Assembly: GCA_035403165.1 (NCBI GenBank)
Contig: DAONEP010000005.1
Coordinates: 13,499 to 77,498, forward strand
Direction of reading: 5' to 3'
DNA length: 64,000 nucleotides
Origin: Bacteroidales bacterium
GTDB lineage: Bacteria; Bacteroidota; Bacteroidia; Bacteroidales; UBA4417
Made by a program: the position numbers and the translations under genes. Shown here one piece after another: positions 58,254 through 64,000 of this stretch. Numbering within the stretch: position 1 is the first letter of the stretch; each line of letters starts with the position of its first letter. The notes beneath the pieces were generated by a model that saw only the letters and a program-made list of their open reading frames with translations, was not told the DNA's origin and did no database searches.

Positions 58254-59027
58254 TTATTCGCCAAGGTTATTCGCCGAAAATGCCGGTTCCTTCAGTGCTG
58301 ATCCTGGCTGGTATTTATTGATCACAATTTCAGACTTGCGGTTGTTCTGCAAATTCTGCATGTTCATCCGGAAGGCGAAATACTTGCCGTTACTTTGTTT
58401 CCGGTAGTCGGAGAGTGTTTCCGCTTTGAGGAGAATGCCGTTTGCGTCGTAAAACTCCACTTTATACGTGAGGCAGGTACCCTTATCAATCCAGGCGATC
58501 TTCCGGCTGTAGCCATTGTCTTGTTCCACACCGGCGTCTTTACATTTGGACTCCACTTTCCAGCAATCTTTACCGTTAAACGTTTCAGCGCCTTTCAAAA
58601 CATACGTAAAATCGTCCATAGTGGGTTTGCTCATATCGGCATTGCTGAATTCCGAGCCCATAAAACTTTTTCCTTTCTCGCTGCTCACGATCCGCCTTGT
58701 CTTCCTGAGCGACGGCAAATAAATCCACATATCGTCGTCCTTATTTTCGTAATCGTAGATAAGGATGGTCGTTCCTTTGACATCGGCAGGGGAGAGGAAT
58801 CTGATCAGTGTTTTTGTCGTTTCGCCGAATTTCGCCGTTGCATTGGTAACTTCACGTACCCGCACGTTTCCTTTGTTGTCAAAAATTTTCAGCGTGGAGG
58901 TCATTTCCATTGATCCCGGGTTGATGATATCCGATGCTTTTTCGGCTATCTGGCGGGCATCCTGGGCTTCCATCCGGCAGGGAACCAGCATGATGAAAGC
59001 CGCCATGAACAAATTGTTTGTTTTCAT
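58254..59027 (-). CDS. LolA-like outer-membrane lipoprotein-sorting protein
   Basis: 257 aa with a signal peptide. It overlaps the stop of the upstream MMPL gene by 4 nt. Family blocks are TLIRFLSPADVKGTTIL and MGSEFSNADM. Confidence 0.7.
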   Translation of the reverse strand: MKTNNLFMAAFIMLVPCRMEAQDARQIAEKASDIINPGSMEMTSTLKIFDNKGNVRVREVTNATAKFGETTKTLIRFLSPADVKGTTILIYDYENKDDDMWIYLPSLRKTRRIVSSEKGKSFMGSEFSNADMSKPTMDDFTYVLKGAETFNGKDCWKVESKCKDAGVEQDNGYSRKIAWIDKGTCLTYKVEFYDANGILLKAETLSDYRKQSNGKYFAFRMNMQNLQNNRKSEIVINKYQPGSALKEPAFSANNLGE

Positions 59028-61315
59028 AGTCCGTTGATGCGATTAAAATTCTGTATGGGTGATTTTTCGAGAAATGCCGGCCGCAATTGCAGACAGATGG
59101 CAGGAATCAGCAGTATAGCGCATAACAGGCAAAGCAGCAGGGAAAAGATGATGAGAAACCCGAAAGCTTTCAGGATTGTAAGCCCTGAAAGCAAAAGGAC
59201 GGCAAATCCGGTCATCACCGAAAATGCATTGATGGATATGCCTCGCCCGGTGGTTTTCAGGGTTTTACGAATGGCTTCATGGTATTCAACGCCATCCGAC
59301 AATTCCGTTTTCAGACGCCAGAACAGGTGAATGGTGTAGTCTACCCCGATGCCGATAGCAACAGAAGAAAGAAGCGAAGTAGCAATATCGAGTTCAAAAC
59401 CCAGCCATCCCATTAACCCGAAATTGCACATGATGCAGAACACCAGCGGTATGGAACCCATCAGGCCGGCCTTCAGCGACCTGAAGATCCACCAGAGGAG
59501 AAGGATAATGGCCCCGAACGCGAATACCAGCGAGTAGTTCTGCCCTTTCACGATGGCTTCGGCCATCTCCTTTTCCACGATGCAGTGTCCGGCTTTCAAC
59601 CTGCAATAGGGAGCAGAGGCCATCAGTTTGTCGATGGCGCTTTCCACTTTTCTGAATTCCCTGATGCCGGTTGCCCTGAATTGTATATTCATCACCGCTT
59701 TGGTGTAGTCAAAATCAACCAGTTGTTCGAAATCATCCGGATCGCCGCTCAGGTTGTAGAATTCGATGTATTGGGCAATGGCATCGCGGCTGTCGGGAAT
59801 CTTATCGTACATCGGGTCTCCGGGATCATTCATTGCCCGGCTGATCGTCCGGATCACCGTTGCCAGAGATGTTACGCTTCCTGTTTCGGGCAGTTTTTTC
59901 AATTCTGTTTCAAAACGGTCCATGGTTTTCAGTAAAACCGGGTCCTTGATATCACCTTCAAACATCAGCGAAATAATCTTTGTCCCGCCCAAATGATCGT
60001 TGGCAATTTTGGTGGAGATCTGTAAAGGATGCGAAGCCGGCATCATATTCTCGTTATTGAAGCTGACCTTCAGCCGGTATATACCGGCGCCGGTCAGAAG
60101 CAACACGATGGCAAAGACCGCGATGACTCTTTTAGGCGAAGCAGTGGCGACCTTGCCCGACCACGTCAGGAATTTGTCGACAGCGGTGTGCTTTTCCACG
60201 ATAAAACTCTTGTTTGGTTTGCCTGTTTTTAGAAACGACATTACCGCAGGAACGTAGTACAAACTGAGCAACAGGGCGAAGGTGATACCGGCGGCGCTTA
60301 CAATGCCCATTTGTTTGGCCGGCAGCATGATATGTGTCACCATGCCCAGGATTCCCACGATGGTTGTCAGCGCGGTAAGCAGAATCGGATTGCTGAGGTA
60401 GTACAATGCTTCGTCGAGTATGGTGTTCATGGAACGGGAGCGATAACGTGCATTTAATTCCTGATAGCGGGTTATGATATGCACGCCGTAGTTGTTGGCG
60501 ATGGCAATCATCAGAATGGGGACCAGGACGGCAATGAGGCTCAGGTCATATCCCAGCAGGGGCATCAGCCCCATGGCCAGCACAATGGACATTACAACTA
60601 CTGAGAGCGGTACAAGGACGCCTTTGATTTCACGGAATGAAAAGTACAGAAACCCGATCATAATGAGCAATCCCAGCGGCATAAGGATGGCCAGGTCGCG
60701 AATGGCTTTTTTCTGGATCTCGTCGCGCAGATATGGCATCCCGTTGACATAGGTTTTTTCGGGCCCCGGATTTTCTTTCAGTAACCGGTTGATGGTTTTA
60801 AAGAGTTCATCATCCGAAACGCCCTGCGCCGGATTAAGCATGATCAGCGTGTATCTGAAATCGCCGGATACTACAAGCTTATAAGCCAACGGATTATCCC
60901 TGATTTCGGCACGCAGCTTTTCACGTTCGGCCCGGTTAGCGGGAAAGTTTTTTACTACCGGATCAACTACCATGCTGCCCTCTTCCGACCGGATGTATTT
61001 CGTTGTAAAAAGTGAAACTACATCCCTGAACTGCGGCATTTTTTCCAGGGAATCGTTCATGGCTTTGATTCTCTTCAGTGTGGACCCATTCAGTACATCA
61101 TCCGTTTCAAAAATCAGTATGACGGGATCGGTCTTACCGAAGACGCTTTCAAGCTTTTCAAGGTTAACCTTCGAAGGCATTTTTTCGGGCAGGTAGGCGT
61201 TCAGGTCGGTGTTTATCCTTGAATTTGGAACCGGTATCGCCACAAGAACGGTTATCAGCGCGGCGAGCGCGATGAATAACCAGCGATAGCGGATAGACAG
61301 GATATCGTTATTCAT
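59024..61315 (-). CDS. MMPL/RND-superfamily exporter (12-TM, two periplasmic loops)
   Basis: 763 aa with a duplicated 6-TM topology and large loops after TM1 and TM7. SSD-like segments are present. Confidence 0.85.
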   Translation of the reverse strand: MNNDILSIRYRWLFIALAALITVLVAIPVPNSRINTDLNAYLPEKMPSKVNLEKLESVFGKTDPVILIFETDDVLNGSTLKRIKAMNDSLEKMPQFRDVVSLFTTKYIRSEEGSMVVDPVVKNFPANRAEREKLRAEIRDNPLAYKLVVSGDFRYTLIMLNPAQGVSDDELFKTINRLLKENPGPEKTYVNGMPYLRDEIQKKAIRDLAILMPLGLLIMIGFLYFSFREIKGVLVPLSVVVMSIVLAMGLMPLLGYDLSLIAVLVPILMIAIANNYGVHIITRYQELNARYRSRSMNTILDEALYYLSNPILLTALTTIVGILGMVTHIMLPAKQMGIVSAAGITFALLLSLYYVPAVMSFLKTGKPNKSFIVEKHTAVDKFLTWSGKVATASPKRVIAVFAIVLLLTGAGIYRLKVSFNNENMMPASHPLQISTKIANDHLGGTKIISLMFEGDIKDPVLLKTMDRFETELKKLPETGSVTSLATVIRTISRAMNDPGDPMYDKIPDSRDAIAQYIEFYNLSGDPDDFEQLVDFDYTKAVMNIQFRATGIREFRKVESAIDKLMASAPYCRLKAGHCIVEKEMAEAIVKGQNYSLVFAFGAIILLLWWIFRSLKAGLMGSIPLVFCIMCNFGLMGWLGFELDIATSLLSSVAIGIGVDYTIHLFWRLKTELSDGVEYHEAIRKTLKTTGRGISINAFSVMTGFAVLLLSGLTILKAFGFLIIFSLLLCLLCAILLIPAICLQLRPAFLEKSPIQNFNRINGL

Positions 61316-61473
61316 GGCTGTTGTTTGAAGGCTTGCCCGGCAGCGTCAGAAGGCAGGTCCGAAAGTTCCGGGCCTGTCTGGCGAAAGCTTGTCCGGGACC
61401 GTCAGGTGTCAGAGCTGCCGGTTTGTCATTTCGTAATACTGACAGTTTCATATTCATCATTTCACCTGCTCTT

Positions 61474-62823
61474 TTAAAATGATGCCGTTAATCCGGCAAA
61501 GGCGCCGTTCAGGACTTTTCCTGCTTTCGAGAATAAGGAATCGTCGGGCCCCTTCATAATACCTGCGCCCAGATTAGCGGCGAGGGCGTCGGTAATTTTC
61601 CATTTGAGCGTTGGCCGGATAAAATATTCCTCGGAGGTGATGTTGTAATAACCCGACAGTTCTGCATTCAGCACTTCATGGGCAATGGACCTGCTGACCG
61701 ACAAAAACAGCGCGTGATTGGTTTCTTCCTGCTGGTTGAAAATTTTCCGGTTGAAGAGTTTCGATTCGTATCGTATCAGATCCAGTGCATACTGCATCTG
61801 AGCCTGCGGGTTGTAAGGATCGGCCAGGACCGGTTTGGTAAGCGGGGTAAAATCAAGGGTGTATTTCCCGATGTACTGAAGAATGGCGGTAAAGCCTCCG
61901 ATAGTGCGTTCCGCTCCAAGAACGAAGGAAAGATCGGGATTGGGAATCTCCATTTCCTCCCTGTAATTTTTGGTAAGGTTCAGGGCGGCTTCACCCCTGA
62001 ATATCCACTGAGAAACAGGAACGGCAAAATCGGCGCCGACGGTGTTTTTCCGGTAAACCTGAGGGCTGTAATCAACAAAGGGTTCAGGCCGGAATGAGAC
62101 GGTATCAACCTTAAAGCCATAAAAAGGGTCGTAACCGTGGAAGTATGAAACCGAAAATCCTGCCGATGGTAATTCAACGTTGAAACGCCCGGCCAGGCTT
62201 GCATTTTTTAAGCCGGCAACCGGCAAAAGGACCCGGGCAAAGGAGGCATTGCCCATGTCAAACAGGTCATAACGGTAAACAGATGGTTTAAAGACCGGTA
62301 TCACGACAATTTCCAGTTCTGTTTTGCCGGTAATCCTGATCTTTGGCCTCAGCATAAAATTGCCCAGCTTCTGGTCGTCAGGATCGGGCGTGAGGAGGAA
62401 ATAGTCGTTGGGCGTCAGGTTGTTGGTCGGGTTGAAGCCGTCGGTGCGTCCCCAACAGATGATCTGGTTCCCAAGGAAGAGATCGAACCTTTCACCGGTA
62501 TATCCGGCATACGCTTCTTTCAGCTCAAATTCCGACTTGCGCCTGCCGAAAAAAATACCTTCACGAAGGCGTGCGTCGCCGAAGAAGTAAGTCTTTCCAG
62601 CCGATAATCCGGCTTTCAGGGCAAATTCCCCGGAAAGGTTTGAGAAATCTGTATATTCGGAGCCGCCGTATGCTACGCCCCTTACGAAACCATTCATATC
62701 GAATGATTTCTCATGAGGACCGGTCGCTGAAGAGTCGGCCAGCGAACTTTCGAACAAACCCTGTGCATGGCTGGCCAGGGCGAATCCGAAAACAAGATAG
62801 AAAGTGAGCGCTTTACACGGCAT
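61474..62823 (-). CDS. Outer-membrane beta-barrel protein, first gene of the exporter operon
   Basis: 449 aa with a signal peptide (ALASHAQ), alternating strand pattern and a terminal Phe (GLTASF). Confidence 0.55.
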   Translation of the reverse strand: MPCKALTFYLVFGFALASHAQGLFESSLADSSATGPHEKSFDMNGFVRGVAYGGSEYTDFSNLSGEFALKAGLSAGKTYFFGDARLREGIFFGRRKSEFELKEAYAGYTGERFDLFLGNQIICWGRTDGFNPTNNLTPNDYFLLTPDPDDQKLGNFMLRPKIRITGKTELEIVVIPVFKPSVYRYDLFDMGNASFARVLLPVAGLKNASLAGRFNVELPSAGFSVSYFHGYDPFYGFKVDTVSFRPEPFVDYSPQVYRKNTVGADFAVPVSQWIFRGEAALNLTKNYREEMEIPNPDLSFVLGAERTIGGFTAILQYIGKYTLDFTPLTKPVLADPYNPQAQMQYALDLIRYESKLFNRKIFNQQEETNHALFLSVSRSIAHEVLNAELSGYYNITSEEYFIRPTLKWKITDALAANLGAGIMKGPDDSLFSKAGKVLNGAFAGLTASF

Positions 62824-63020
62824 AGGAGACCTGTTTGGGATGAAAAATCATACAAACTTACCCATGGCCGGAAGGCATCCTGTCCCGGTTTTAAAAGACG
62901 GAGTGCTAATTGTGGTTCGGATTTTGAAAATTTAAAATCCGGACTATAAATATGATAAAGAACTGGTGAAAACCGTTTTAATAAATGCGGCCATTTTTTA
63001 ATTATATTGATTTTACACAT

Positions 63021-63028
63021 TATATTTG
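63021..63028 (+). promoter_or_regulatory. Candidate Bacteroidota -7 promoter box TATATTTG (TAnnTTTG)
   Basis: An exact match to the consensus about 87 nt upstream of the ATG at 63115. AT-rich context, so chance matches are likely. Confidence 0.3.
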
Positions 63029-63114
63029 TATCTTCATAAAGCCATAATCGGAATTGTTTATAGGCCCTGGTAAGAGAAATTTATATTGTTCAATTATTTT
63101 AAAATCAATTTAAT

Positions 63115-64000
63115 ATGAAGAAGATTACTCTTTTTATGCTGTTCCTGCTTGTATTGGGAACAACGGTTTCCAAAGGACAGATTGTTTTATCGTCCTGCAC
63201 TGCCCCTGACAGTATTGTGGCAAAATATACCGATGATGCCGACAGGCTTGCCTTAGGAAGGTTTTACAGGAACGCTTTGCCTTACGCCGACAGTGTTTCA
63301 ATCCCTCAGGCCTATTCCGATACGGCGCTGAAAGCTTTGCTCGCCGTTTATAATGCAACTGAATTACCTGAAAGAGATACGGTGGTTGAGTTATATGACA
63401 TTCATACCTGTATGTATGCTTTAAGGAGATTTGCCGTGATTGCCGATTCAAATCAATCATGGATGCAGCAGTTGAGAAATGGAGTTATCCCGACAGGCGA
63501 ACCGGCGGTAGATAGCCTGATGCAATTATTTAATCTTAGCGTAGAAAGTTATAGTTCAGTGAGTTATCAGGGTAACCATACCGTTCATTTCACTAGTGAT
63601 AAGAATTATAATATCCTGGCTTTAGTTGGTTTGTGGAATTCCGTTCCCGGATTTTATTCCTGTCTTCCACATGGTTTCATGTGCCCTTCAATGAGTTTAA
63701 AGGATTCAATATATTCCGATCATGTTGAACTGACCTATTCTCATGGATGGGGCGATTGTTCGGCTGGTTGCCTGCATCGTTACTGGAAATTCAATGTTTA
63801 CTTCGATTGCAGCGTTGGGTTTGCAGGCAGCTATGGCGTTCCGGTTCCGATTGGAATGGAGGATCATTTCAGCAATGAGGTTTCTGTATTGCCGAATCCT
63901 TTCAGCCAGGGAATATCTGTCAATGGAATTACGCCTCCTTTCTTGTATTCAATCCGTGATATGTCAGGCAAGGTGATAATTTCAGAAGAATGCACCGGGA
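63115..64000 (+). CDS. Secreted protein with the beginning of a T9SS C-terminal sorting domain; 3' end runs off the window and it is absent from the ORF track
   Basis: Manual translation from the ATG at 63115 is open to the window end. It reads MKKITLFMLFLLVLGTTVSKGQ... and ends ...VLPNPFSQGISVNGITPPFLYSIRDMSGKVI. Confidence 0.65.
   Translation, partial: MKKITLFMLFLLVLGTTVSKGQIVLSSCTAPDSIVAKYTDDADRLALGRFYRNALPYADSVSIPQAYSDTALKALLAVYNATELPERDTVVELYDIHTCMYALRRFAVIADSNQSWMQQLRNGVIPTGEPAVDSLMQLFNLSVESYSSVSYQGNHTVHFTSDKNYNILALVGLWNSVPGFYSCLPHGFMCPSMSLKDSIYSDHVELTYSHGWGDCSAGCLHRYWKFNVYFDCSVGFAGSYGVPVPIGMEDHFSNEVSVLPNPFSQGISVNGITPPFLYSIRDMSGKVIISEECTG

Overview
The window looks like a chromosomal segment from a Bacteroidota-type genome. 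Supporting evidence: a GldB gliding-motility lipoprotein, two proteins with T9SS C-terminal sorting domains, PorT-like outer-membrane barrels and a TAnnTTTG-type -7 box. Sampled lines are roughly 50% GC. Most of the window is tightly packed housekeeping: nadB, a korAB 2-oxoacid:ferredoxin oxidoreductase with a divergent ferredoxin that the ORF track missed, tilS, a dsbD-like reductase, lpxH, lpxK, kdsB, nadE, proS, trmB, trmJ-like, mrp/apbC plus a NifU-like gene, a Nif3 plus zinc-ribbon pair, a comM/yifB-type ATPase, and an outer-membrane barrel / MMPL exporter / LolA-like / DUF2141 operon. I recognised no rRNA, tRNA or CRISPR array. The stretch from about 25.6 to 32.3 kb is AT-rich and accessory. 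Its modules are separated by three copies of a roughly 60-75 bp repeat. The modules are a HEPN/MNT toxin-antitoxin pair whose HEPN gene has lost its canonical start, an S41 peptidase, and a co-directional trio. The trio is a coiled-coil-TIR protein, an orphan helical protein with an Rx4H (HEPN-like) motif, and a DEDDh exonuclease fused to BRCT, followed by a KilA-N gene. The trio matches no Thoeris, CBASS or Pycsar architecture I know and is my best candidate for an undescribed defence system. Other oddities: a phase-locked array of about 30 heptanucleotide units, a 162-bp composite tandem/inverted repeat, a lipoprotein gene broken by one in-frame TAG, a TlpA-like protein lacking both CXXC cysteines, an alkyltransferase-like protein with PAHRV instead of PCHRV, and two secreted W/Y-rich proteins with long Ser/Arg-rich tails. 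All functional calls come from motif recognition by eye. No database search was run.
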